64,000 nt of DNA, from positions 320,001 through 384,000 of the forward strand of contig CBDCLE010000002.1 in assembly GCA_965218585.1 (NCBI GenBank), written 5' to 3'. Numbering within the stretch: position 1 is the first letter of the stretch; each line of letters starts with the position of its first letter. This document shows, piece by piece, positions 9,752-19,283 of the stretch. The position numbers and the translations under genes are program-made. Under the pieces are notes generated by a model, which worked only from the letters and a program-made list of their open reading frames with translations, ran no database searches and had not been told where the DNA came from. This DNA comes from Terriglobia bacterium. Lineage in GTDB: Bacteria > Acidobacteriota > Terriglobia > 20CM-2-55-15.

Positions 9752-11125
9752 ATGAGTCTATGGAAAAAGATTCCCATCGCGCCGGGGGGCGTCATGCCCG
9801 AGGGCCTGGTCACCAAGATCGGGGTCGCGGCCATATCCCTGCTCCTGGCCGCCATGCTCCTGACCTACAGTTTCACCGGCGGCGGGCCCGAAGCCGAGAT
9901 CGACGTTCCCGAAGCCGCCGGCTTCGATCTTCAGCAGAGGGCCGCCGCCGCAATCGAAGCCGAAGCCCGCCGGCAAGCCGAGCAGCTCCAACAACAGGCC
10001 GTAGCGGCCGAGCGCCAGTTGGCCCAACTCCAGAACGAACAGGAATCGAATGCGGCCATATTGGGAGCGGGCATCGTGCCCCTCCCCGCTCAAGACCCCG
10101 CGACAGGCTTCCCGCCTGACGATCAACCCGTCCCCTTCGAAGGCAACGCCCCACGTAGCGAGGCCGAGGCCGTCCTGCTCGAAACGCTGCGGCTCGAGGA
10201 AATGGAGCGCCGTCGGCGTTCCCTGCGCACCGAGCCGCTCGTGCTGTCCTACCGGAACCCCGACCCGGACCCCGCCGCGGCTAACGATGCGGGGACGGGC
10301 GCCGAAGCCCTGGCGCAACTGCCGGGCATATTTTCGGACCGCGTTCAGGCCGCCCAGGCTACCCGGGCCGGCGTCACGGCCGAAGACTCCATTGCCACGG
10401 CCGGGGAATTTCTCCAATTGCTCAACGAACTCAACGACCGGGAACTGGCCGCGACCGCACAGCCCGCACCGGGGGCGGGAGCCGCGGCCCCTGTTTCACT
10501 CACACAACCATCGATGGAAACGCCCGTGGCCGGCCAGCCGGCGGATCCGGACGGTTGGGATCGCATCTATGAAGGATCGTTTTTAGAGGCCGTTCTCGTC
10601 ACGCAGCTCAGTGGCGATTTCCCCGGTCCGGTCCTCGCCAACGTATCGGTTCCCTTTTATTCGACCGACCGCCAACGCGTCCTGATCCCGCGTGGCGCGC
10701 GGGTCGTCGGTACCGTCGAGGCGGTTGCGGGAGTCGATCAAGAGCGCCTGGCCGTGGCCTTCCACCGCATCATCTGGCCCGACGGCCGGAGCGTCTCGCT
10801 CGAATTCAACGGCCTCAACCAGATTGGGGAAGGCGCGCTCAAGGACGAAGTCGATCGGCATTATTTCTCGATGTTCGCCGCGGCCGGGGCCGTCGGCGTC
10901 CTTTCCGGCCTGACCGCCATCGGATCCAACCCCTATGCCGGAGGCCGGGCCGGTTTCCAGGCCGGAGCCAGTCAAGGGCTCGGGCAAGGCGCGGTACGGA
11001 TTCTCGAACGCTTCCTCAATCGCTTTCCCACCATCACGATTCGCGCGGGCCACCGCTTGCGAATCTGGTTCACCGGCGATGTCCTCGTGCCGCGGCAACC
11101 GCCGCCGACTGGGAGAATCCAATGA
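9752..11125 (+). CDS. virB10: VirB10/TrbI
   Basis: N-terminal TM helix; EGSFLEAVLVTQL, LIPRGARVVG, D.VDRHY, PTITIRAGHRLRIW. Confidence 0.93.
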   Translation: MSLWKKIPIAPGGVMPEGLVTKIGVAAISLLLAAMLLTYSFTGGGPEAEIDVPEAAGFDLQQRAAAAIEAEARRQAEQLQQQAVAAERQLAQLQNEQESNAAILGAGIVPLPAQDPATGFPPDDQPVPFEGNAPRSEAEAVLLETLRLEEMERRRRSLRTEPLVLSYRNPDPDPAAANDAGTGAEALAQLPGIFSDRVQAAQATRAGVTAEDSIATAGEFLQLLNELNDRELAATAQPAPGAGAAAPVSLTQPSMETPVAGQPADPDGWDRIYEGSFLEAVLVTQLSGDFPGPVLANVSVPFYSTDRQRVLIPRGARVVGTVEAVAGVDQERLAVAFHRIIWPDGRSVSLEFNGLNQIGEGALKDEVDRHYFSMFAAAGAVGVLSGLTAIGSNPYAGGRAGFQAGASQGLGQGAVRILERFLNRFPTITIRAGHRLRIWFTGDVLVPRQPPPTGRIQ

Positions 11126-11988
11126 AATCACGCGTCATCGCTTTGTCTTTTTCTCTCTCCCTGACTGGGGTCTTGGCCATGTCACCGGGCGCGAGCGCGC
11201 AGTTCAACCTGGACTTGCAGGCGACCGAGATTGCGAATCAGGTTCAGGAGATCGCCAATCGGATCACGCGCTACACGACATTGCTCACTCAATTCACCAG
11301 CCTGGACTGTTCGGCGCAGGGCATGGCGGCGGGCGCCGAAGCAACCCCCGTCGACGAGGCCGCCGTTGCCTGCAACACCCTCAACATGATCGGCGCGTTC
11401 AAGGATTCCTACCAACAGTTGCTCACCGCGCCCCTCGTTCTGCTCAACACCCCCGTGCCGCTTCCGAACTGGCGCGACGTGTTGCAACAAGCGGACACCG
11501 TCACCGAGGCCGACATCCGGAACGTCTACCAGAGCGGCCCCAATGCTGCCGATACGGCGGCGGCCACCTTCCGGCGGCAACGCGACTACGCGGATCGCAG
11601 CGTTGTCCTCGCACATGCCCAGGCCGATGCCGCCGCTGCGCTCACCGCAACACTCGATGAGGCCGAACGTGTTGTTGCGGATCTTGAGTCCCGCAACAGC
11701 GTCACCCGCACGGGCCTTCGACAAACCCGGGCGGCCGCTACGCTCACACGCGCGCGCCTTATCGCGGCGCTGGCCCAGCTCCGTGCCTATCAAACATCCG
11801 CCGAGGCGGCCGATGCTTACAACGCCGAAGTCGTGCGGCGAGAGATTGAAACCCGCAGGTTAGCCGAACGTGCGGCCCTTGAAGCCTTGTGGGCTGCCGA
11901 AGAGGCCACACGGGCCTTCGGCGCCGACGAACGCATCGAGGCCATGTATGGCGGCTATCGCCTGCATCCATTCTTTTCCGGGAACTAA
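11122..11988 (+). CDS. TrbJ/VirB5-like secreted helical protein, paralog 1
   Basis: Signal peptide, ANQVQEI coiled coil; position between virB10 and virB6. Confidence 0.65.
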   Translation: MKSRVIALSFSLSLTGVLAMSPGASAQFNLDLQATEIANQVQEIANRITRYTTLLTQFTSLDCSAQGMAAGAEATPVDEAAVACNTLNMIGAFKDSYQQLLTAPLVLLNTPVPLPNWRDVLQQADTVTEADIRNVYQSGPNAADTAAATFRRQRDYADRSVVLAHAQADAAAALTATLDEAERVVADLESRNSVTRTGLRQTRAAATLTRARLIAALAQLRAYQTSAEAADAYNAEVVRREIETRRLAERAALEALWAAEEATRAFGADERIEAMYGGYRLHPFFSGN

Positions 11989-12019
11989 GGACCGTTCGCA
12001 AACTAAGAGGAGCATCCCC

Positions 12020-12913
12020 ATGAGAAAAATATTTATCGTCCTCATCGCCATCGGAGCTTTCTGTCTTCCGGGTGTTGTGCGGCGCGGGAGGGCTCAGGAC
12101 AGCCTTCACTATCTCGTGATGATCGCCAACCAGGGCACGCAGATTTCCAATCAGGTTCAAGCCCTCGCGCGCATGGACAGCCACATCGCGCAGCTCACCG
12201 GCCAGTTCGAGCACTTGAAGGAATCCGCACTCGGCCAGATCGGCGCGATTGCCGACCCGATTACGGATCTCATCGCCACCCCCACCGACCTGCTCCACAC
12301 CGCGCGCGACTGGCATTCGGATTTCACCGGGCCGGTGGCCGGCATGGTTACCGCTGTGACGGAGTTGTCCAACGGCACGTCGTTCAGTGAAAGCTGGCGC
12401 GCGATGTTGCAACAGGCCAACACCGTTTCTGCGGCCGACATCCGGAACATCTACCAGATCGGCCCTAATGCCGCCGACTCGGCGGCGGCCACCTTCGCCC
12501 GGCAACGCGACTACGCGGATCGCAGTGTTGTCCTGGCCCATGCACGCGCCGATGCCGCGGCCTCTCTTGCGGCGACCGCGGCTGAAGCCCAGGACAAGAT
12601 CGACACCGTAGCGGCACAAAACAATGTTTCCGAGACGGCGCTGCAGCAAGCGATCCTTGCCGGCAATCTCTCCCAGGGACAACTTCTGGCCGCAATGGCT
12701 CAAATGGAAGCATGGGACGCTTCGGCCGCCGCGGCCGAAGCCTACAACGCCGAAGTCGTGCGGCGGGAGCTTGAAGCCCGGCGCTTGGCCGAACGTGCGG
12801 CCCTTGAAACCGTGTGGGCTCAAGAAGAGACCGCACGGGCGCTGGGCGCCAACGAACGCATCGCGGCCATGTATGGCGGCTATCGCTTGCATCCCGTCTT
12901 TTCCGGGAACTAA
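12020..12913 (+). CDS. TrbJ/VirB5-like protein, paralog 2
   Basis: RBS GAGGAG, ATG at 12020; C-terminus nearly identical to paralog 1 (MYGGYRLHP.FSGN). Confidence 0.65.
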   Translation: MRKIFIVLIAIGAFCLPGVVRRGRAQDSLHYLVMIANQGTQISNQVQALARMDSHIAQLTGQFEHLKESALGQIGAIADPITDLIATPTDLLHTARDWHSDFTGPVAGMVTAVTELSNGTSFSESWRAMLQQANTVSAADIRNIYQIGPNAADSAAATFARQRDYADRSVVLAHARADAAASLAATAAEAQDKIDTVAAQNNVSETALQQAILAGNLSQGQLLAAMAQMEAWDASAAAAEAYNAEVVRRELEARRLAERAALETVWAQEETARALGANERIAAMYGGYRLHPVFSGN

Positions 12914-12915
12914 AG

Positions 12916-13435
12916 ATGCTGATGAAAAAACGGGTCGTTACATGGACGCTCCTGGTCGCACTCGCCGCGGCCGTCCCGGCCTTCGGCATCTTCGGCATTC
13001 CCAGCCCGGACGAACTCCTGATCTGGTTGGTTTTGCGGCCGATGATGCACGGCAACCAGCGGACGATGGTTGCCAACCAGGTTCAGGAGCTTCAAAAGCT
13101 CGTGGAACAGTTGCAAACCGCTCAGAGCCAACTCACCCAGGTCCGTGACGCGGCGCAGGGTTTGGTGGGCGCACTCACAGAGCCGATGGCCGAACTGGCC
13201 GCAACGCCCACCGATTTGCTCCACACCGCGCGCGACTGGCACACGGATTTCACCGGGCCGGCCGGGGATATGGTTACCGCTGTTGCTGAGCTTTCCAACG
13301 GCACGCCGTTCAGTCGGAGCTGGCGCGACGTGTTGCAACAGGCCGACACCGTTTCTGTGGCCGACATCCGGAACGTCTACCGGAGCGATCCCAATGCCGC
13401 CGACTCGGCGATGGCGACCTTCGTCCGGCAGCGGG
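12916..13435 (+). pseudogene. TrbJ/VirB5-like paralog 3, 3'-truncated
   Basis: Similarity to paralogs 1 and 2 ends abruptly after ATFVRQRD (~13435). Confidence 0.7.
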
Positions 13436-13981
13436 ATGCTGGACATTGTCCTCAATGGCTTCACGAACCTGTCCTACCTGTTCATGGCCTTTCTCCACAC
13501 CATCATCTTCGAGCTTTTTCTTCTGCTCATTCTCGTGTGTCTCATCGTGATCTATGCCGTTTCAATGGGGCAGGTGATCTGGGCACAGCTCGCCCTCGGC
13601 GTGCTCCTGATCCTCGGCCCGCTCTTCATTCCCTTTCTCCTGGTCGAGCCCCTCGCGTTCCTGTTCTGGGGATGGTTCAAGGGCATGTTCACCTACACCC
13701 TCTACGGCGCGATCGCGGCGGCGCTCATGCGGGTGTTCCTGGCGGCCAGCATGGGCTGGATCGAGGCCATTATCAACGGTCCGCCGCCCGGTAACAGCTT
13801 CTGGTGGCACAGCACGGCCTGGTTCCTCAGCATTGTTCCCCTGGTGGCCGCGGGGCTTTTGTCCTCGCTGATGATCGGCACGCTTGCCTCACAACTCGTC
13901 TCGGGGAGCGGAGGTGGGGGTGGAATCATGGGCCTCGTCGGCCAGGCCGCCAGCGGGGTTTCCAAATTCAAGGGAGCATAA
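13436..13981 (+). pseudogene. virB6: VirB6/TrbL C-terminal portion (N-terminal part apparently deleted)
   Basis: LGPLFIPFLLVEPLAFLFWGWFK, polytopic TM helices, LASQLVSGSGGGG; only ~180 aa and joined to the truncated paralog 3. Confidence 0.75.
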
Positions 13982-13986
13982 ACGTC

Positions 13987-14667
13987 GTGGCAAAACCCAA
14001 AGACAAAGAATCCGACGCCGGCCGGGAATACGCCGAGATATGGGGCGAGACGATCCACTCGAACCGTCACTTTCGCGTGTTCTCCATCGTCCTCGGCGTC
14101 CTGCTTCTATGCGTCACCATCGCCGTGGTTCGCCTGTCATCGGTCGAGCCGCCCAGGCCGATTGTCGTTCGGGTGGACGAGGTCGGCCGGGCCGAAGCCC
14201 TGGCCTATGAAACGGTCGAGGCCCAGGCCGACCCCCGCGACCCGACCACCAAGTACTTCCTCAACCGCTTCCTCCATGACCACTTCGACCGACGCCAGGC
14301 GACGGCCCAGGAGTACTGGCCCCGCAGCCTCCGGTTTCTCAGTACCGATCTGGCCAACGCCGCTTTCACCGCCAGCAACGAGGAAATCGCCATGCTGGCC
14401 GCCGGGATCACCCCCGAAGAACTCCGGGTCGAGAATGTCGTGCTCCGGATTCAGGCCAATCCCACCGAGCCCCACGGGGCGGTGGCCGACTTCGTCTTGA
14501 TCCGCACACGGCAGGAGCGGGAGGTATCGAGAGAGGCATGGACCGCCACGATGCAGTTTGTTTTCATGCCGGTCATACCGGCCGACCTGGTCATCTTCAA
14601 TCCAATGGGCATCCAGATCACATATCTCGAAACCGATAGAACCCTCATCACGAGCGAGACGCCATGA
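13987..14667 (+). CDS. virB8: VirB8/TrbF
   Basis: GTG at 13987; TM helix, PIVVRVDEVGRAEA, KYFL..F, NPMGIQI. Confidence 0.9.
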   Translation: MAKPKDKESDAGREYAEIWGETIHSNRHFRVFSIVLGVLLLCVTIAVVRLSSVEPPRPIVVRVDEVGRAEALAYETVEAQADPRDPTTKYFLNRFLHDHFDRRQATAQEYWPRSLRFLSTDLANAAFTASNEEIAMLAAGITPEELRVENVVLRIQANPTEPHGAVADFVLIRTRQEREVSREAWTATMQFVFMPVIPADLVIFNPMGIQITYLETDRTLITSETP

Positions 14668-15644
14668 TTGCGCACTTGCGAGAACGGGAAAAAGCGCTCG
14701 AACGGTTCGGGTGGAACCCGCAAGACGCCGAGTGGGTTGCCATGGTCTGTCTCCACAGCGGCGTCTTCACCCGTGCCCAATACACCGCTTATTTCCATGC
14801 CCATCATAGCCGGGCACAGCGTTTCGTTCAGAACCTCGTGGACTTCAAGCTTGCCGTCGAAGAGCCCATTCCCGTCATTCGCCGCATGGATCGAACCGAG
14901 GCCTGCCGGATCACCCACAAGGGCATCTACCGGGAGCTGGGAGTTCCCAACATCCGGCACTGCAGATTTGCCGATCCGGGGGCCTATCTCCGGCGGCTCC
15001 TGTCCCTGGATTACGTCATCGAACACGCGGAACTCGAATGGCTCCCGACCGAAGAGGAAAAGGTTTTTTACTGCACGGGAGTCGGCGTCCCGAAGAACCA
15101 GCTGCCCAGACGGATTTATGGCGGATCGGCCGGGAGCGTCTCCCGGCATTTCCATCTGAAGCTCCCCATTGCCGGCGGGCCGACGACCGCGTTTGTCTAT
15201 GTCGATCCCGGCAACAACACCTCCACGGAACTCCGGCATTGGGGCCGGGCGCACCAGAATGTTTGGCGTGTCATGCGGAGCCGCGGGATCACGATTCATG
15301 TGGCCGCAATCGGAATCAACCCGGACGCCGACAACCGCGCGCGGGCCGTCCTGGAGGGATGGGCGCGCGAGGGCACATCAGGCAACGGCGGGAGTAACGG
15401 CCGGAGCCCCCGGGCGGCAGTGTTGCAGAAGGAAGTGGACGAACTTTCCAGGGCGCTCGATACCTTCGACTCCAAGGTTCTCCGACGATACGGAGGGTTC
15501 ACCCGGGCCGGAGCGCGCTACCGGTCATTGAGGGGCATGTTGGCGAATCCCACGACGGACGCCATCCGGATTGACACCTTCGAGGTATGGCGATCCTGGC
15601 GTATTTATCCCGGCGGCGTGCAGCTCTACGAGGCTCCGGAATGA
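14664..15644 (+). CDS. Second wHTH/nuclease-fold protein, candidate relaxase (replication-relaxation-like)
   Basis: LHSGVFTRAQY, LLSLDYV, WLPTEEEKV, KLPIA, FVYVDPG; adjacent to the repeat-rich intergenic region and virD4; function is inference. Confidence 0.55.
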   Translation: MIAHLREREKALERFGWNPQDAEWVAMVCLHSGVFTRAQYTAYFHAHHSRAQRFVQNLVDFKLAVEEPIPVIRRMDRTEACRITHKGIYRELGVPNIRHCRFADPGAYLRRLLSLDYVIEHAELEWLPTEEEKVFYCTGVGVPKNQLPRRIYGGSAGSVSRHFHLKLPIAGGPTTAFVYVDPGNNTSTELRHWGRAHQNVWRVMRSRGITIHVAAIGINPDADNRARAVLEGWAREGTSGNGGSNGRSPRAAVLQKEVDELSRALDTFDSKVLRRYGGFTRAGARYRSLRGMLANPTTDAIRIDTFEVWRSWRIYPGGVQLYEAPE

Positions 15645-15782
15645 GATCGAGCTTTGCGCGTTGTCCAAGAAGGTGTGGGCCTCGATCCGGCCCCAAAAAC
15701 CCGGTCACAGCCCCTCGAAAATCGGGCACCCATTGCGCAGCCGAAAAGCCGCACCAGCGTGCGCCAAACAGAACGGGTACTG

Positions 15783-15854
15783 TTGCGCACGCCCTTTGCG
15801 CACGCCCTTTGCGCAGGACCTTTGCGCAGGACCTTTGCGCACGAGCCTTGCGCA
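15783..15854. repeat. 13-bp tandem repeat x5.5 (TTGCGCAcgccct / TTGCGCAggacct)
   Basis: Units start at 15783, 15796, 15809, 15822, 15835 and 15848; each contains the palindrome TGCGCA. Confidence 0.95.
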
Positions 15855-15913
15855 TCTTCTCTCTCCCATATCGCCGTGATCCACTTGGGGTTAGGCTATT
15901 GTGCACGGTCCTA

Positions 15914-15961
15914 TCCAGTGCAGCACCAGAGAGGGTGTCCGGTGCAGCACCAGAGGGGGTC
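15914..15961. repeat. 24-bp direct repeat x2 (tccRgtgcagcaccagagRgggtS)
   Basis: 15914-15937 and 15938-15961. Confidence 0.9.
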
Positions 15962-15964
15962 AAA

Positions 15965-16075
15965 ATGGCGGGAGCGACCCCCCCGTTTGCGCACTTCGTG
16001 CGGCTCTGACCCCCGGATGCAATGCGCATCACCTGGGCCAGTGCCGCCCTCCCTGCCGGGGGTCGCTCCCGCCAT
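15965..16075. repeat. 18-bp perfect inverted repeat enclosing small hairpins (oriT/ori candidate)
   Basis: atggcgggagcgaccccc (15965-15982) / gggggtcgctcccgccat (16058-16075); internal cgcac-ttc-gtgcg. Confidence 0.8.
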
Positions 16076-16120
16076 AGTGATCCCTGCGGGAAGGCTCGGA
16101 TTCCGGAGGGCTGAGCCGGC

Positions 16121-18142
16121 ATGAAATGGAGTCACGTTTTTCTATTTGTCCTGGCGGTTGCCGCCTCAACGGGCCGGTATGTGTGGAGCCCGTTTCCGGC
16201 CGGATCGGAAAACCCCGTCGTGGCACTGATGGCCCTCGATGCACCCATGCTTTTGTGGCTGCTGCACGGCTGGTACGCCGTCATGCCCGGTACCGTTGTC
16301 TTTATCGGTGGCACGCTCGTTTTGGGTGTGTGGCGCGTATGGTTTGAGCCCGCGCCACGGAAGCGACGCAGCCGCGGCGGCCTTCCCCCATGGCCGCTTT
16401 CGCCCTCGGACGAGAAACCGGCCATCGTCGTCGTCGAGACGCATCACCCGATTGAGGCCCGCGAGGTTCCCAACCCGGACTGGCTCGTCATCCCGGAGCG
16501 GGGCCTCTATACCGGAGTCGCCATCTTCGGGGCGGTCGGGTCCGGGAAGACCTCGGCCTGCATGCACCCGTTTGCCCGGCAACTGCTCGGCTGGCAAGCC
16601 ACCAATCCAAAGCGGCGGGCCGCCGCCCTGGTCCTCGAAGTCAAGGGGGATTTCTGCGACGGCATCCGGGAGATTCTCGAAAAGGCGGGCCGGGAAAACG
16701 ATTACATGGAGCTTGGCATGAGCGGGAAATGGCAGTGGAATCCCCTGGCCGCGCACTGGCTCGATTCCTACTCCCTCGCCTATACGGTGTCGTCTCTCCT
16801 GAATCAGTTGTTCGGCAAGGGGAAAGACCCGTTCTGGCAACAGGCCTACACGAACCTGGTGAAGTGGATCATCGAGCTGTACCGGATCTTTCCCGACCGT
16901 TGGGTGACCTTGCAGGATGTCTACCGATGCGCGATTGACCCCGACCTGTTCCAGCAAAAAATCGATGAGGCCGGAGTCGTTGTATACATCCAGTTGCATG
17001 GGGAGGTCGTGATTTCGGATAAGGATTGGGCGGTGCGCAAGGAAGAGCTGCTCGCCTTTGGAAATTGGAATGAACTTGAAGATGGGGAGTGTAAAGCCAG
17101 CAAGACACCCGCGTTGGAGGAATGGTTGCAAACGGAGGGGATCCCATACCGCGTCACAGTGCCCCGGGGTCACACCAAACCGGAACGTTTGCTCGCGCGC
17201 TGGCAAAGTGTGAAGACCTGGTACGACCACGACTGGATGAAGCTGGACCCGAAACTGCGGACCTCGTGTGTCGAGGGTATTTCCAGTTTCCTCTCTCTCT
17301 TTGACATGGAGGACGTCGCCTCCATTTTCTGTCCCCAGGCGCCGCCGGTGGAAGACGAGGAGGAGAGGCCGAAGTGGGAGCCGACAGAAACCGGTGGAAT
17401 CTGGAAACATCTTCCGCCCCTGGACGAGCTGATCGAGAGCGGAAAAGTCCTCGCCCTCAACATGCCCGCCGGATCGAATCCGGCCCTGGCCCGCGCCGTG
17501 GGTGTGTTCCTGAAGAACGCCTGGCTCCAGGCCCTGCTCCGGCGGCCGGCACAGATGAAAGCGGACCGCAAGCGTTACTTCCGGCCCGCCGTTTTCATCT
17601 GCGACGAGTACCAGTCGTTCGCCTCAGTTGGCGAGGACGACCCCAGCGGAGACGAGAAGGCGTTTGCCCTCACCCGGCAGTGCCGTGTCATTCCCATCGT
17701 CGCAACCCAATCCATATCCTCGCTCCGATCCGTGCTGGGCACATCCGAGGCCTGGCGCGCTCTCTTGCAGACGCTCCGCACCCGGATCTTCCTCTCCCTC
17801 AGCGACGACGCCAGCGCCGAGATCGCCTCGAAGCTCTGCGGGCAGGTGGCCAGGATCAAGCCAAGCTGGATCGTCACCGAATCGACACGGAGAGCCGAAG
17901 TGTCGCTCCTGTCCGGCAAAGCCGGGGGCGGCCAGGGGTCGGTTGGAACCAGCAAGTCCTTCCGGGAACAGCGCGAGGCTTTGTTTCAGCCGAGAGAGTT
18001 TGCCTTGCTTCCCAATTGCCAGGCCATTTGCTTGCCCTATGACGGAACCAACGCGGCCAGCGCCGTCCGCGTCTATCTCAAGCCCTACTACCTTCCGGTC
18101 GCCACACCCTACTGGCGCGCGGTCGAGAAGGGGAAGATATGA
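16121..18142 (+). CDS. virD4: VirD4/TraD-like type IV coupling protein
   Basis: N-terminal TM helices; GAVGSGKT Walker A, FICDEYQ Walker B, IVATQSISSL. Confidence 0.92.
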   Translation: MKWSHVFLFVLAVAASTGRYVWSPFPAGSENPVVALMALDAPMLLWLLHGWYAVMPGTVVFIGGTLVLGVWRVWFEPAPRKRRSRGGLPPWPLSPSDEKPAIVVVETHHPIEAREVPNPDWLVIPERGLYTGVAIFGAVGSGKTSACMHPFARQLLGWQATNPKRRAAALVLEVKGDFCDGIREILEKAGRENDYMELGMSGKWQWNPLAAHWLDSYSLAYTVSSLLNQLFGKGKDPFWQQAYTNLVKWIIELYRIFPDRWVTLQDVYRCAIDPDLFQQKIDEAGVVVYIQLHGEVVISDKDWAVRKEELLAFGNWNELEDGECKASKTPALEEWLQTEGIPYRVTVPRGHTKPERLLARWQSVKTWYDHDWMKLDPKLRTSCVEGISSFLSLFDMEDVASIFCPQAPPVEDEEERPKWEPTETGGIWKHLPPLDELIESGKVLALNMPAGSNPALARAVGVFLKNAWLQALLRRPAQMKADRKRYFRPAVFICDEYQSFASVGEDDPSGDEKAFALTRQCRVIPIVATQSISSLRSVLGTSEAWRALLQTLRTRIFLSLSDDASAEIASKLCGQVARIKPSWIVTESTRRAEVSLLSGKAGGGQGSVGTSKSFREQREALFQPREFALLPNCQAICLPYDGTNAASAVRVYLKPYYLPVATPYWRAVEKGKI

Positions 18143-19122
18143 GCGCCACCCGCGGCATGGACTACCTGCGCCCGTTCCTGCCTGGCCTGGAATCGGTCCT
18201 TGAAGATGAGGATGTCAGCGAGATCATGATTAATGGATCCGGCAACGTCTGGGTTGAAAGCCGCGGTGAAATCCGGCCCCATCCCGCGCCCGGCCTTGAT
18301 GGGGCTGCGCTGGATCGGGCGGCCATTCAGATCGCGCGGCCTCTCGGCCTCGACCCGGCCACCGCGCCGATCCTCGATGCGCGCCTGGACGACGGCTCCC
18401 GCGTGGCTATCTGTGTTCCCCCGGCCGCGCCACACGTCGCCATCACCATCCGGCGCTTCGGCAAGCGGAGCTATTCGCCCGACGATCTTGTGCGCTTCGG
18501 CTCACTGCCCATCGAAGTCCTGGACGATGCGCGCGCCGCACTCCTCGGACGGCGGAATATCCTGGTGTCGGGCGGCACGGGATCGGGTAAGACCACGCTG
18601 CTCAATGCCCTGGTCGAGTTGCTCCCCGCCGACGACCGCATTGTTTCCATTGAGGACACGCTGGAGCTCCGGATCGACCGGAAAAACTGTGTCCGCTTCG
18701 AGGCCCGCGGTATTGACGGCGAATCGGTGACGATCCGCGACCTCGTCAAGCATGCGCTCCGGCACCGGCCCGACCACATTGTGGTTGGCGAAGTCCGGGG
18801 CGGGGAGGCCGCCGATCTGTTGCAGGCGCTCAACACCGGGCACGGCGGATCCCTGACCACAATCCACGCCAACAACGCCGAGTCCGCCCTGTCCCGGCTG
18901 GCAACTTGCGCCATGCAAGGCGAGACGGACTTGCCGTGGGAAGTCACGTGCCGGGGCGTGGTGGACGGGATCTCCATGGTGATTCACATGACGCGGCGCG
19001 AGGGGAAGCGCTACGTCGAAGAAGCCCTCCACGTGGGCGATTACGACGCCGCAAAGCGGCGCTGGCACTACAGGCCCGTGGCGTTCGCCGACCCCCAACT
19101 CGCACTGAAGCAGGTGCGGTGA
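18139..19122 (+). CDS. virB11: VirB11/TrbB (CpaF-family) ATPase
   Basis: VSEIMING, SGGTGSGKTT, IEDTLEL, ALRHRPDHIVVGEVRG, NTGHGG. Confidence 0.93.
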   Translation: MSATRGMDYLRPFLPGLESVLEDEDVSEIMINGSGNVWVESRGEIRPHPAPGLDGAALDRAAIQIARPLGLDPATAPILDARLDDGSRVAICVPPAAPHVAITIRRFGKRSYSPDDLVRFGSLPIEVLDDARAALLGRRNILVSGGTGSGKTTLLNALVELLPADDRIVSIEDTLELRIDRKNCVRFEARGIDGESVTIRDLVKHALRHRPDHIVVGEVRGGEAADLLQALNTGHGGSLTTIHANNAESALSRLATCAMQGETDLPWEVTCRGVVDGISMVIHMTRREGKRYVEEALHVGDYDAAKRRWHYRPVAFADPQLALKQVR

Positions 19123-19283
19123 TGCTGGGCAACGCTGCCAGGAGGATCAGACAGGGGCGAGCCTGGATTGTCAGGGGCGATGTTTCTTTACTGGTTCGCG
19201 CATACAACGCGGCAAAGAATCTCTGGTTAACAGCCCCGATCTGGCCGGTAAAACATGATAAGGATATGGAGGCTTGCGAGGAT

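Noticed and set aside
11122-13435. DGR or shufflon explanation for the repeated TrbJ-like blocks
   Set aside because: No reverse transcriptase or Rci-like recombinase in the window; differences are not adenine-restricted; all copies are in direct orientation
12814-13794. 326-aa ORF as a real full-length protein
   Set aside because: Chimera: the TrbJ-like N-half runs out of frame into virB6 DNA after the deletion junction
15783-15961. Possible CRISPR array
   Set aside because: The repeats are contiguous 13-bp and 24-bp units with no unique spacers, and there are no cas genes
18906-19283. N-terminal extension of RepA in the ORF track (similarly 6106, 22856, 58293, 62361)
   Set aside because: The extensions overlap neighbouring genes or promoters; family motifs and RBS point to downstream starts
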